Part shown: in pieces, positions 25,189 to 34,970 of the stretch
How positions within the stretch are numbered: the first letter of the stretch is position 1
Layout of the letters: each line of letters begins with the position of its first letter
Assembly: GCA_026419455.1 (NCBI GenBank)
Contig: JANZZJ010000255.1
Coordinates: forward strand, 1-43,569
DNA length: 43,569 nucleotides
Origin: Candidatus Sumerlaeaceae bacterium
GTDB lineage: Bacteria > Sumerlaeota > Sumerlaeia > Sumerlaeales > Sumerlaeaceae
Direction of reading: 5' to 3'
Notes under the pieces: model-generated
What the model was told of the DNA's origin: nothing
Seen by the model: the letters and a program-made list of their open reading frames with translations, nothing else
The model's database searches: none
Position numbers and translations under genes: made by a program

Positions 25189-27120
25189 ATGGCTCGTGAT
25201 TACAAGTGTCTCCGTGCAGTGGTTTGGCCTGAGTTTGCTGGGCGATTTGGTATTGCTTTGCTTTGCAGCGCTTTGGCCGCGCCGATCGAGGCAGCTCCTG
25301 CGGCGAAAAGCAGCGCCAGCAGCGAACCGGCAAAAATATCCAAGGGAGTCGCGCAAACTACCGCGACAGTCCAACAAACCAAAAAGAACACCAATCGCAG
25401 GTTTGAGAAACTGGCTCGGTACGATTTGGGGTCGAAGGGTCATTTTCTCCTCGCAGTGGTAAAAGGCAAAGAACTGCGTGAGGACGGCTTCTCAACCTAC
25501 ACGGCCTTGGTTGATTACCTTGAGGGAGGTGGCGGAAGCGAGAAACGTCAAACAGAGCTCCTACAAGATTGGGTGATGCAATACGTCGTTGCTGATGTTC
25601 TCCCCGAAGTGGCAAAAGCTGCGACGAAGACGGACGTGCCACTGCCATATACGACACTCTACGAAGTCAACGTTCTCAAAAGGGCTTTGCGCGAAAAGCT
25701 TGAGTCGGAAACATCCCCCACGCGCGAGCAACTTGAAGCATGGACAAAAGAAAATGCGCAACGTTTTACTCGTCCGGAGGAAGTTCACGCGTATCATATC
25801 TTCATGCAAGTATCGGATGATGTTCCCACAAGCCGGGCTGAGGCCGTGCGCAAACGAATGGAAGAGGTGAAACGTTTGGCGGACGAAGGAACGTCGTTTG
25901 CACAACTTGCGCGCCGCTATTCCGAAGCTGCCAGCAGTCGTGTTGGTGGGGACATCGGCTGGGTGTCGAGGCGGATGCCTATTGGTCCGGAGAGCAAACC
26001 CATGAATCTTGCCCTTGAAAACGCCCTTTTCGGATTACAGCGCGGGGAAGTTTCGGACATTATTCAGACCAGTCATGGTCTGCACCTAATGTACTGCGCC
26101 GATCGCGTGACCACGTACGTCCCGACGACCGATGAGCTTATAACAAGTCGCATTCTTCCACGCTCAGCTCAAGTACAACTGGTGAGGGAAAAGTGGCTTA
26201 ACGGCATCAAGGCTACCCGGGAAAAGTTAGGGGCTCAAGTTCTCTTCGATGTGGAAAAAGGAGATGGTATTTCAACGGACGTCCCCGTCGTAAAGATTAA
26301 CAATCATACGTGGAGTTTGCGTCAGCTCGAGGAACTTTATGGCACTCGTTTCACGCAAGCTTTCCGTATGCGAGCCCAAACGACGCAGACACTAGCAAGC
26401 TTCCTTGATGAAGTGGTCAGTGAACTGGCAGGCATATACTGGGCGCTCGATGAAAAAGTGGACCAGCAACCGCTTGTCCAGCGGGATCTCGAGTGGGCGG
26501 GCGGTCGCGCCCGACTGAGAAAGATACTCACAACGTACGTGGCGGAAAAATATCCGGTAACAGAGGACACTCTCAAAAAGGTTTATGAAGAACGCAAGAA
26601 CCTAATGCGCTTGCCTGAGGGACGAGGGTACATTCTCAGCGTTAAGGCTGAGCCAACTACTGTGGGAATGTCGCGTGATGAAGCACGCGCCGCCGCCAAG
26701 AAAAAGGCCGAAGAAATTCGGAAGAAAATCCTCGAGGGAGCCGATATTGAACAGTTGGCGCGCGAAGTATCGCAAGACAACCGAGCATCATCTGGTGGTC
26801 TTGTTGAAAGGTCAGTCTTAGCTCATCTTAACGATCCGGCGGGGCGAATGTTCGGCGCTGTTGCTAGCTGGCTGAAGGCAGGGGAAGTCAGTGACGTGCG
26901 GCAATTCGGCGACACGTTTGTTGTGGTGAAGCTCGTGGAACGCTGGGAAGGTGAAGCGCCGCCCTTCGACCAGGTCCGTGGCCGTTTGGAAGCAACTGTA
27001 CGCCAAGAAAACGAGCAAGCTGCCCGGCGCGAAATTCTTACTAAAGCTGTGGAGAAAGACCTGGTGTTGTGGGCCAACCCGGCTGCTCAGTTTGGCATTA
27101 ACCCGGACGCTGGTTTTTAA
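25189..27120 (+). CDS. Periplasmic SurA/PpiD-like chaperone with two parvulin (PpiC) PPIase domains
   Basis: A signal-like N-terminus is present (GIALLCSALAAPIEAAPA). Parvulin 1 reads VHAYHIFMQV...GGDIGWVSRR...GEVSDIIQTSHGLHLMYC. Parvulin 2 reads GYILSVKA...SSGGLVERSVL...GEVSDVRQFGDTFVVVKLVE. Confidence 0.8.
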   Translation: MARDYKCLRAVVWPEFAGRFGIALLCSALAAPIEAAPAAKSSASSEPAKISKGVAQTTATVQQTKKNTNRRFEKLARYDLGSKGHFLLAVVKGKELREDGFSTYTALVDYLEGGGGSEKRQTELLQDWVMQYVVADVLPEVAKAATKTDVPLPYTTLYEVNVLKRALREKLESETSPTREQLEAWTKENAQRFTRPEEVHAYHIFMQVSDDVPTSRAEAVRKRMEEVKRLADEGTSFAQLARRYSEAASSRVGGDIGWVSRRMPIGPESKPMNLALENALFGLQRGEVSDIIQTSHGLHLMYCADRVTTYVPTTDELITSRILPRSAQVQLVREKWLNGIKATREKLGAQVLFDVEKGDGISTDVPVVKINNHTWSLRQLEELYGTRFTQAFRMRAQTTQTLASFLDEVVSELAGIYWALDEKVDQQPLVQRDLEWAGGRARLRKILTTYVAEKYPVTEDTLKKVYEERKNLMRLPEGRGYILSVKAEPTTVGMSRDEARAAAKKKAEEIRKKILEGADIEQLAREVSQDNRASSGGLVERSVLAHLNDPAGRMFGAVASWLKAGEVSDVRQFGDTFVVVKLVERWEGEAPPFDQVRGRLEATVRQENEQAARREILTKAVEKDLVLWANPAAQFGINPDAGF

Positions 27121-27155
27121 TTGGTCTCTTTTCCATATGCTTGAGGAATACCAGT

Positions 27156-27191
27156 GGGCGGAAAGTACTCGCTTTCCGCCCTTCGTTTTTT
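27156..27191 (+). terminator. Rho-independent terminator downstream of the PPIase gene
   Basis: GGGCGGAAAG-tactcg-CTTTCCGCCC forms a perfect 10-bp stem with a 6-nt loop, immediately followed by TTCGTTTTTT. Confidence 0.85.
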
Positions 27192-27414
27192 AGGACTTTC
27201 GCTGGATAGCAGCGGCGCCATGTCACCGATGGCAGAACTGCTTGGACACGGCATTCAATTACCCCTGCCAGCACGTGAAGAGCTGTTTTGTGTTTGTGGG
27301 CTACCGTGCGTAGGACACAGAGGGATTTGCGGCGCGATGCGTTCTACTGTCCCTCCCTCAACAACCACTTCGAAAAATCGGTCACAGCCCCAGACCCATT
27401 GGAAAATAAAATGC

Positions 27415-27504
27415 TGGCGGTGGGAGTAGGATTCGAACCTACGAGGAGCTTGCGCCCCTGGCGGTTTTCAAGACCGCTGCCTTAAACCACTCGGCCATCC
27501 CACC
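27415..27504 (-). tRNA. tRNA-Ser (anticodon UGA), 90 nt with a long variable arm and encoded CCA
   Basis: The reverse complement folds by hand as follows. Acceptor GGTGGGA/TCCCACC. D-arm GCC-GAGTGGTTTAA-GGC. Anticodon stem GCGGT/ACCGC with loop CT-TGA-AA. An 18-nt variable arm. T-arm GTAGG-TTCGAAT-CCTAC. Discriminator G, then CCA. Confidence 0.93.
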
Positions 27505-27554
27505 GCGCACTCTATGTTACAAGGTGACCAGCTCCCTCATTTTCCCGACGTGAA

Positions 27555-28376
27555 TTATCGCTGCGACAGTTCGGCACTGCGGCGAGCTGCTGCCGCCACA
27601 CATTCCTCGATGGCGCGAGCAAAACCTTGCTGCTCAAGGGCGCGAAGACCGGCTTCAGTGGTTCCGCCTTTTGTCGTCACCGCTGCGCGCAAAGACTCGA
27701 GACTCTGCGGCGACTCGATAGCCAACCGCGATGCACCGTAGATAGTGTGTTTGACGAGAGTCTCAGCAGCGCCATGCGGAAGTCCGAGTTTTTCAGCTGC
27801 CGCGATGAGTGCTTCGGCGAAGTAAAATACGTAAGCCGGCCCACTGCCGCTAAGCCCCGTGACGACATCGAGAACGCTTTCGGGCAGCTCAAGTGCTACT
27901 CCCACAGCGCCGAAAAGCTCGAGGACGCAATCTACATCTTCCCGTGTCGCCCGACTGCCAGCGGCCACCGCCGTCGCGCCACAGCCTATGAGAGCCGGCG
28001 TGTTCGGCATCGCACGAACCACTCGGACGCTGTCACCGAGTCTTTGCTCAAGAAATTGCGTGGTAACTCCGGCGCAAATAGAGATGACAAGCTGTGAAGG
28101 ACGAATAACTGGGTTGATATCCTCGCAAACTGTAGCTATCTGAAAAGGTTTTACGGCTAGAATGACAAGATCGGCCCACCGAGCTGCCTCGTGGTTGGAG
28201 CTGATGGTTTTCGCGGATGTAATCCTTTCGAACTCTGTGCGTTGCGCCTCCGCAACATCGGATGCGAGAATATGAGATGCGTCCACAGTTCCCTTGCGTA
28301 TTACCCCAGCTGCTATGGCACGAGCCATATTTCCCGCACCTATGAAAACGATCTTCTTTTCGCGGAGCGAACTCAT
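27555..28376 (-). CDS. proC: Pyrroline-5-carboxylate reductase
   Basis: I prefer ATG 28376, which has GGGAGG 5 nt upstream. The protein begins MSSLREKKIVFIGAGNMARAIAAGVI (Rossmann motif). Later it shows GSGPAYVFYFAEALIAAAEKLGL and TTKGGTTEAGL. Confidence 0.9.
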   Translation of the reverse strand: MSSLREKKIVFIGAGNMARAIAAGVIRKGTVDASHILASDVAEAQRTEFERITSAKTISSNHEAARWADLVILAVKPFQIATVCEDINPVIRPSQLVISICAGVTTQFLEQRLGDSVRVVRAMPNTPALIGCGATAVAAGSRATREDVDCVLELFGAVGVALELPESVLDVVTGLSGSGPAYVFYFAEALIAAAEKLGLPHGAAETLVKHTIYGASRLAIESPQSLESLRAAVTTKGGTTEAGLRALEQQGFARAIEECVAAAARRSAELSQR

Positions 28377-28519
28377 TCCGACCTCCCATGTTTCGTTTCT
28401 TGCGTTGCCTAAGCTTGGGATCAACTTGATACTCAGTTTTAGACCAAAGGAAACGCAAACGGTTTAGTGCTGTAATTGAATCGTAATAAAGACGAGCACA
28501 TTAGCTAGGATAGGACGCG

Positions 28520-29251
28520 GTGTACTACGCAGAGCAAGCGATTGCCGAACGAGCCCAGGAAATAAGAGGCCGGATTGCCGCAGCATGTGAAAGAAGCGGA
28601 CGTAGGCCGGAACACGTCCGCATCGTCGCTGTGACGAAAACCCATCCGGTGGAGGCCGTTGTCGCGGCTTGGCACGCTGGGCTTCGGGATTTTGGGGAAA
28701 ATCGGGTGCAGGAAGCTGAGAAGAAATTCTCACTCTTCCAAAGCCTCATTCCCAACGCACGAGCAGAAGGTTGCTTGCTGCACCTGATCGGACATTTGCA
28801 AACCAACAAGGCTAAGCTGGCTGTCGCCCTATTTGACCTCATTCACTCAGTAGATTCGGCAAAGCTTGCCGATGAATTGGAGAAATACGCGTCTCGAATG
28901 GACAAGAGGCAGGCAATTCTCATTCAAGTAAACACGTCGCGTGAGTCAACTAAGTCCGGAGTTGAGTTAGAAAACGCAGAGCGGCTTGTGGAACATGTCG
29001 TGAAGCGGTGTCCCCACTTGATGGTCGCAGGTTACATGACGATGGCCCCCATTGTCTGCGATCCTGAGCAAGCACGGCCCTATTTTGCGCAACTTAGGAT
29101 GCTGCGCGATCGGCTTGAGCAATCATTCGCGGGTGCCCCCCACTACGAGGGCCGCGAACTATCCATGGGCATGACGGGGGACTTTGAAGTTGCCGTAGAG
29201 GAAGGGGCTACAATTGTCCGAATCGGGACGGCGCTTTTTGGGTCGCGCTGA
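28520..29251 (+). CDS. yggS: YggS-family PLP-binding (PLP homeostasis) protein
   Basis: From a GTG start, the motifs VAVTKTHPVEAV, DFGENRVQEA and HLIGHLQTNKAK are present, with a C-terminal ELSMGMTGDFEVAVEEGATIVRIGTALFG. It is divergent from proC, a common pairing. Confidence 0.85.
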   Translation: MYYAEQAIAERAQEIRGRIAAACERSGRRPEHVRIVAVTKTHPVEAVVAAWHAGLRDFGENRVQEAEKKFSLFQSLIPNARAEGCLLHLIGHLQTNKAKLAVALFDLIHSVDSAKLADELEKYASRMDKRQAILIQVNTSRESTKSGVELENAERLVEHVVKRCPHLMVAGYMTMAPIVCDPEQARPYFAQLRMLRDRLEQSFAGAPHYEGRELSMGMTGDFEVAVEEGATIVRIGTALFGSR

Positions 29252-29318
29252 CGCGGGGAGTTGTGCGCTGAAAATCAGAGCTTTACGAGTACGCGATACG
29301 AGGTGAAGATTTCTTACC

Positions 29319-30389
29319 ATGAATAAGGTTGGGCCAGCGGCAACAAAGCAAAAGGTTGCGTCGGGTCACACAGGCCTAGAATCGCCACCGCTTGCCCCTG
29401 TGCTGCAAGTTGAAGGACTAACTGTCGCATTTCGCACACTTGAGGGCGATTTTCGGGCTGTGGAAGGAGTAAGCTTTGGCCTGAGCAAAGGGGAAAAACT
29501 GGGATTGGTTGGGGAATCAGGGTGCGGAAAGTCGGTGACAGCCTTATCCATCATGAGACTTTTGCCCTCCCCCCCTGCTCAGATTGTGGAGGGTAAAATT
29601 TTTTTTAAGGGTACGGAGCTTACGGGTTTAGGCGAAGATGAAATGCGAAAACTTCGCGGCGACCGACTCGCCATGATTTTTCAGGAGCCGATGACGGCTC
29701 TTAATCCGCTCCATAGTATAGGGGACCAGATTGCGGAGGTGCTGCGGATCCATAAGGGTCTCAACAGGCGCGATGCGTGGCTGCGCACAGTGGAGCTGCT
29801 GGAAAAAGTGCAGATCCCGGAAGCCCCGAAACGGGCACGTGACTATCCGCACCAGCTAAGCGGAGGGATGCGTCAGCGCGCAATGATCGCTATGGCGCTG
29901 GCATGTGATCCGGACCTACTCATAGCTGACGAGCCTACCACGGCACTCGACGTGACAGTGCAGGCGCAAATCTTGACCCTTTTGGAAAATCTTTGTGAAG
30001 AATTCGACTCATCCATCCTTCTGATCACCCACGACATGGGAATTGTTGCGGAGGTTTGCGACCGCGTGGCAATCATGTACGCGGGACAGATTGTGGAAAC
30101 GGCGGAGGTGGATGAACTTTTTGATCGGCCACTCCACCCCTACACAAGGGGACTTCTACGTTCGTTGCCGAAGATAGACGCACCCGCGACAAAATCCAAG
30201 TTATACTCGATTCCTGGAAGTGTCCCGGACCCCTTGCGTTTTCCCCCGGGCTGCCGTTTTCATCCGAGGTGTGAATTTGCCACAGAGGAATGCCGGAAAT
30301 TGATGCCTGAGTTCGCAGCGATCGATGGCAGACACCTGGTGCAATGCTGGCATTGGGAACGAATAGAAAAAGCCGAAGGTGGTGCGTAA
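29319..30389 (+). CDS. OppD/DppD-type oligopeptide ABC transporter ATP-binding protein, with no permease or binding-protein genes nearby
   Basis: Walker A is GESGCGKS, the signature is LSGGMRQR and Walker B is [12 protein letters not shown]. The C-terminal oligopeptide-type extension is [12 protein letters not shown]...[10 protein letters not shown]. Confidence 0.85.
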   Translation: MNKVGPAATKQKVASGHTGLESPPLAPVLQVEGLTVAFRTLEGDFRAVEGVSFGLSKGEKLGLVGESGCGKSVTALSIMRLLPSPPAQIVEGKIFFKGTELTGLGEDEMRKLRGDRLAMIFQEPMTALNPLHSIGDQIAEVLRIHKGLNRRDAWLRTVELLEKVQIPEAPKRARDYPHQLSGGMRQRAMIAMALACDPDLLIADEPTTALDVTVQAQILTLLENLCEEFDSSILLITHDMGIVAEVCDRVAIMYAGQIVETAEVDELFDRPLHPYTRGLLRSLPKIDAPATKSKLYSIPGSVPDPLRFPPGCRFHPRCEFATEECRKLMPEFAAIDGRHLVQCWHWERIEKAEGGA

Positions 30390-30432
30390 AGCCATTGACA
30401 CGGGGTGAATCAACTAATAGAGAGATGCACGA

Positions 30433-31686
30433 GTGTTGCATACAGCATATGTAACGGCGGAGTTTAAGTTAGCGATGCGACTGTGGAAAGTATTGCTCGC
30501 GGGAGCGCTGCTTGCAGGCTTCATGCTCCTTGAATGGGTTCCCTCGCCAGTGATAGCGCCCGAGCCCGCACAGCCACGCGCTAAGCAGCTAGCTCAGTTA
30601 GTCCCGAACGTCAAGCTACCTCCGGTTGCGGCACCTAGCCGTGCCCCAATTAGTACTTATGCCACAGCACGGAAACCGTTGGAAGGTGTGAGGATTTGTA
30701 TCGATCCGGGACACGGCGGACAAGAGAAATGGGATAAGATTTTGTACACTGGTGGCACCCGCGGAGTTGTGACAGGACAAACAGAAAGCGATGTCAATTT
30801 GCGCGTGGCTCTCATCCTTCGCCATTATTTGGAAGCAGCAGGGGCAGATGTCGTAATGACGCGCACGACTGATGACCGCTGCACTAATTGCGGGACTAAG
30901 CAGGATGAACTCGATTACAGACCAAACCTTGCGAACTCGACAGATTCAGATTTGTTCATTAGTATTCATCATAACGAGGCGAACGATCCTAGTACGAATT
31001 ATACCTTGGTGTTTTACCCCGATGGGATGGCATCAGCGGCTCCCCTTGCAGATAATATCGCCTCGGCCGTATCACGGTACCTGGGAACGAGTTGCGCTGG
31101 GGCTAAGCCGGGATCGTATAGAATCCTGAAGAAGGCAAAGATGCCATCAGCATTGGTAGAAGCCTCGTTCATGAGTAACCCTGAAGAGGATTATCGCCTG
31201 ACGTCGTTGGCATATAATAAGTTGGAAGCGAAAGCAATTGCAACGGGCATACTGAACTATTTTCGCGCCACGCGAAACATGGGTATCGATTTCACGAGTA
31301 TATTTGCCCCGCTCGACGACCAAGCAGAGGCAGCGCAGTTGCTAGCGGATGCGACCATCGTTCGTAAAAAGGTCGTCGAAAAAAAATCCCTTTTTGGGCG
31401 CCGTTACCAGGAGGTAACCTTTGATGCGACCGGTCGCGTCATTAGCCGTAGGGATATTGGAGGGGGTAGTCGCAAACAGGAAAGGAAGACCCGGGTCGTT
31501 GCGCAGGTTTCTCGAAGCGAAACGAGTCCTACGAACAAAGGCACTTCGATCCAAGCCAAGCCCGCAAGCACCAAAACGGCCAAGTCCGGCGAAAAGTCTG
31601 TTTCTGCGAGCAAACCCAAAAGTAAATCATCCACTAAATCGAGCCCAGCAAAGGCAAGAACAGGCAAAAAAGTGGCAAAGAAATAG
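30433..31686 (+). CDS. N-acetylmuramoyl-L-alanine amidase (Amidase_3) with a Lys/Ser-rich C-terminal tail
   Basis: The motifs ICIDPGHGG, LFISIHHNE and ALVEASFMSNPEE are present. The anchor or signal is MRLWKVLLAGALLAGFMLL. The start is either GTG 30433 or ATG 30475. Confidence 0.85.
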   Translation: MLHTAYVTAEFKLAMRLWKVLLAGALLAGFMLLEWVPSPVIAPEPAQPRAKQLAQLVPNVKLPPVAAPSRAPISTYATARKPLEGVRICIDPGHGGQEKWDKILYTGGTRGVVTGQTESDVNLRVALILRHYLEAAGADVVMTRTTDDRCTNCGTKQDELDYRPNLANSTDSDLFISIHHNEANDPSTNYTLVFYPDGMASAAPLADNIASAVSRYLGTSCAGAKPGSYRILKKAKMPSALVEASFMSNPEEDYRLTSLAYNKLEAKAIATGILNYFRATRNMGIDFTSIFAPLDDQAEAAQLLADATIVRKKVVEKKSLFGRRYQEVTFDATGRVISRRDIGGGSRKQERKTRVVAQVSRSETSPTNKGTSIQAKPASTKTAKSGEKSVSASKPKSKSSTKSSPAKARTGKKVAKK

Positions 31687-31764
31687 ACAATTCCACACCA
31701 CTGTGAGCATGGTTAGCGCCTTGGACGGGTTTATCGAATAGAGTATGAGGGAAAGGTGATCTCG

Positions 31765-33651
31765 ATGCTTAGCGACATTATCAAAAAAGGCCCCGAACGT
31801 GCACCTCACCGCGCCCTGTTGAAAGCAACCGGGGTTCGCGATGAGGATATGGATAAACCGTTTATTGCCATCGCGAACTCCTACACGGACATCGTGCCGG
31901 GACACGTTCATTTGAAAGAGGTTGGTGAGTATGTTGCTGAATGCGTGCGTGCAGCCGGCGGTGTGCCGTTTGTTTTTAACACGATAGGTGTGGATGATGG
32001 TATTGCGATGGGGCACACGGGGATGAAGTACTCGCTGCCCTCGCGAGAACTAATAGCCGATAGCGTAGAAACGATGCTTCGTGCCCATTGCTTCGACGCG
32101 ATGATCTGCATCCCCAACTGCGACAAAATCGTGCCGGGCATGCTCATGGGCACGATGCGGGTTAACATTCCCACCATATTTGTCAGCGGCGGCCCGATGG
32201 AAGCAGGCCGAATTTCCTCCGGCAAGACGGTTGACCTCGTCAGTGTCTTTGAAGGGGTTGGAGCCAAACAGGTTGGGGCAATAGATGAAAAGCAGTTTAA
32301 GGAAATTGAGGACAAAGGCTGCCCGACATGTGGATCGTGCGCAGGCATGTTTACTGCGAATTCCATGAACTGTCTGTGCGAGGCCTTAGGAATGGCACTC
32401 CCGGGCAATGGAACTGTGCTTGCCACGAATCGCGAGCGGCTTCGTCTGTACCGGCGCGCTGCGTTCCAGATCATGGAATTGCTGCGGCGTAACATTCGCC
32501 CCCGTGACATTGCGACGTTGGAAGCTTTTGACAACGCCATGATTCTCGACATGGCAATGGGTGGTTCGACCAATACTCTACTTCATGTGCTGGCAATTGC
32601 CCACGAAGCGGGTGTGCCGTACTCCATGGAAAGGATCAATGAACTCTCGAGGAAGACGCCGAATATCTGCAAAGTTGCGCCTTCATCGAAGTATCATGTT
32701 GAAGACGTCGCACGCGCCGGCGGAATCATGACTATCCTATGGGAAATTCAGCAGGGGAAGCCGGGACTTCTGAAAGAGGACTGCCTGACAGTTACAGGCG
32801 AGACATTGGGTGAGAACATTAGGAAGTATTCTCCACGCTCGCCAGAATGTTGCGAGGAAGGCCGAAAGCTAAGCGAACGGGGAAGCATTCCTACGGGCCG
32901 CACGCGGGACGTGGTCATGGCAATTTTGGAAGCTGAGACTAAACGAATTGCCGAGGCCCGCAACAATGGGCAATTACCGCCGGATGTGGCGGGAGAAGAT
33001 GCTCCTCGACCGCCCGACCTTGAACCTTTTGATGCGTACGATGTGATCCGGACGGTTGAAAAGGCTTATTCTCAGGAAGGTGGTCTGGCAATTCTGTATG
33101 GGAATCTTGCCGAACGGGGTGCAGTGGTGAAAACCGCAGGGGTTGTTCCCCAGATGCTAGTTCACACTGGGCCAGCCGTCGTTTTTGAATCACAAGAAGA
33201 CGCGTGCAAAGGCATCCTGGGAGGCAAAGTTAAGCCTGGGGATGTGGTGGTGATTCGCAATGAGGGGCCTAAGGGAGGGCCCGGCATGCAGGAAATGCTG
33301 TCGCCGACTTCCTACATTAAAGGGATGGGGCTTAGCGATAAATGTGCACTTGTGACCGATGGCCGCTTTAGCGGCGGTACAGCTGGTGCATGCATTGGGC
33401 ACGTGTCACCTGAAGCTGCAGCGGGAGGGCTAATTGGTCTTCTCCGTGACGGCGACATCATCGAAATCGACATTCCCAATCATAAGCTCAACGTCCGACT
33501 GAGTGACGAAGAAATCGCGAGAAGACGTGAAGAACTTGAAAAAGCCGGTGGCTGGAAATCGCGTCTGCCCGATGAACTGCGGCGTGGTTGGCTAGGCCGC
33601 TACGCCGCGATGGCAACAAGTGCTGATACGGGTGCTGTGCTAAAGTGGTAA
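31765..33651 (+). CDS. ilvD: Dihydroxy-acid dehydratase
   Basis: I prefer ATG 31765, preceded by AAGGTGAT; the ORF-track GTG at 31756 is an alternative. The motifs [50 protein letters not shown] and DGRFSGGT are present. Confidence 0.95.
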   Translation: MLSDIIKKGPERAPHRALLKATGVRDEDMDKPFIAIANSYTDIVPGHVHLKEVGEYVAECVRAAGGVPFVFNTIGVDDGIAMGHTGMKYSLPSRELIADSVETMLRAHCFDAMICIPNCDKIVPGMLMGTMRVNIPTIFVSGGPMEAGRISSGKTVDLVSVFEGVGAKQVGAIDEKQFKEIEDKGCPTCGSCAGMFTANSMNCLCEALGMALPGNGTVLATNRERLRLYRRAAFQIMELLRRNIRPRDIATLEAFDNAMILDMAMGGSTNTLLHVLAIAHEAGVPYSMERINELSRKTPNICKVAPSSKYHVEDVARAGGIMTILWEIQQGKPGLLKEDCLTVTGETLGENIRKYSPRSPECCEEGRKLSERGSIPTGRTRDVVMAILEAETKRIAEARNNGQLPPDVAGEDAPRPPDLEPFDAYDVIRTVEKAYSQEGGLAILYGNLAERGAVVKTAGVVPQMLVHTGPAVVFESQEDACKGILGGKVKPGDVVVIRNEGPKGGPGMQEMLSPTSYIKGMGLSDKCALVTDGRFSGGTAGACIGHVSPEAAAGGLIGLLRDGDIIEIDIPNHKLNVRLSDEEIARRREELEKAGGWKSRLPDELRRGWLGRYAAMATSADTGAVLKW

Positions 33652-33683
33652 AATTTCCCGTTACCGAGAAACCCTGCAAACAT

Positions 33684-33734
33684 CCCCCCGGTAACAGACC
33701 TACTGTCGTCATCCGGGGGGTTAGTTTGTTTTGG
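33684..33734 (+). terminator. Putative terminator after ilvD
   Basis: CCCCCCGG (33684-33691) pairs with CCGGGGGG (33713-33720), followed by TTAGTTTGTTTTGG. The 21-nt loop is large, which lowers confidence. Confidence 0.45.
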
Positions 33735-33744
33735 CAGTAACGAG

Positions 33745-34917
33745 ATGAGCACTCTCCAGCCAAAGAAAGTCCTGATAGCCCAACTGAATTCGGTGCGGAG
33801 TTATCGGCTGCGTTTTTACGAGCTTCTCGAGGAACGCCGTCCATCCGCCTGGCAATTTGAGGTGGTGCATGACTGCAGTAAGGAGCGGGTGACGAAACTT
33901 TATCCCGTTTACATTGACCCTAGTGCATTCAGGTTTCCGATCCTACCGGTAAAAACATACTTTCTCTCGCGCCGTCGGCAAGATCTCGTTTGGCAGGATT
34001 TTTTTCTGCGTGCCCGAAAGTATGATTTAGTGATCACAGATACTTTTATTAGCAATTTAACCTATGTTTTCGTCAACCTTTGGAAAATTGCGGGCGTCAA
34101 GCGCGGCTATTGGGGGCACACCAGCGACCAAACGAGCATGCCCTCGCAAATCACTACCTTCAAGAAGGCGCTGGAGGTATTCAAGGCATGGTGCTTACGG
34201 CGCGCTGACGTGTTTTTTGCCTATACCGATTCCGAAAAGCATCGTCTCACTGCTGCGGGGTTCCCTCTGCAGAGAATTATAGTTCTCAATAACACCATAG
34301 ATACGACTCAAGAAAGACGAGCCTATTGCGAGTTAAAGGCAAGGCGTTCCCTTTTGCGCGAAAAATATGCGCTGACGAACCGCGAGGTCATTATTTATCT
34401 CGGGCGGATGATGGATCAGAAAAGGTTAGACGTTCTCTTCGAGGGGTTTGAACAGCTTCACCGCAGACGCCCGAGCACCTGTTTGGTGTTAGCCGGCGGT
34501 GGCCCGGGCGCATCGTATGTGGCAAAATTCGCGGAAAAATTGGGTAGCGACGCTGTACGCTATTGGGGTCCAGTTGATGAACTCACGGCACAAGAGCTAC
34601 TCACCTGTGCCGAACTCTTTTGTCTGCCAGGGCAAATTGGGTTAGCCCCGCTGCGTGCCCTGTGCTTTGATCTACCTGTTGTCGCATTTCGCGTATCGTT
34701 TCACGCACCTGAAGTAGAATATCTCAACGAGAACAATGCGCTCCTTTTACCCGAAGATTTAAGCGTTCGCGAGTTTGCGGAAAAGTTGGCATTTGCCTTA
34801 GATTATTGGAAAGACGAACAACGACGAGCAAGCCTGTACCCAACAATTGCCCACCTGACGATGGAAAACATGGTGGATAATTTTATTAAAGGCGTGAATC
34901 TCGCCCTAGGATTTTAA
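33745..34917 (+). CDS. Glycosyltransferase, GT4/GT-B family
   Basis: The 390-aa ORF has a C-terminal GT1-type core: VIIYLGRMMDQKRLDVLFEGFEQL...LVLAGGGPG...LFCLPGQIGLAPLRALCFDLPVVAF. Confidence 0.75.
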   Translation: MSTLQPKKVLIAQLNSVRSYRLRFYELLEERRPSAWQFEVVHDCSKERVTKLYPVYIDPSAFRFPILPVKTYFLSRRRQDLVWQDFFLRARKYDLVITDTFISNLTYVFVNLWKIAGVKRGYWGHTSDQTSMPSQITTFKKALEVFKAWCLRRADVFFAYTDSEKHRLTAAGFPLQRIIVLNNTIDTTQERRAYCELKARRSLLREKYALTNREVIIYLGRMMDQKRLDVLFEGFEQLHRRRPSTCLVLAGGGPGASYVAKFAEKLGSDAVRYWGPVDELTAQELLTCAELFCLPGQIGLAPLRALCFDLPVVAFRVSFHAPEVEYLNENNALLLPEDLSVREFAEKLAFALDYWKDEQRRASLYPTIAHLTMENMVDNFIKGVNLALGF

Positions 34918-34970
34918 CCGCTGTTAGCGGCAAGCTTCGAGTAGCGCGTAAGCGCGATAACAACTAGCAA

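Noticed and set aside
27192-27504. The tRNA-Ser might be an integration hotspot, or there might be an ncRNA in the roughly 220-nt unassigned stretch next to it.
   Set aside because: There is no integrase, no direct repeat of the tRNA 3' end that I could find, and no phage or mobile genes on either side. I see no recognisable ncRNA consensus (SRP, 6S, tmRNA or RNase P) in the stretch.
32830-33050. IlvD has an apparent extra segment of about 65-75 aa ([21 protein letters not shown]...[10 protein letters not shown]) before the conserved DVIR...EGGLAIL block.
   Set aside because: Long-form IlvD enzymes such as the E. coli type also carry a variable segment at this position. All catalytic and Fe-S motifs are intact, so this is probably ordinary family variation.
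34918-34970. Small hairpins (CCGCT-gtt-AGCGG and CGCG-taag-CGCG) between the convergent GT4 and wecB genes might be a bidirectional terminator.
   Set aside because: The stems are only 4-5 bp and have no flanking T or A tracts, which is too weak to report as a feature.
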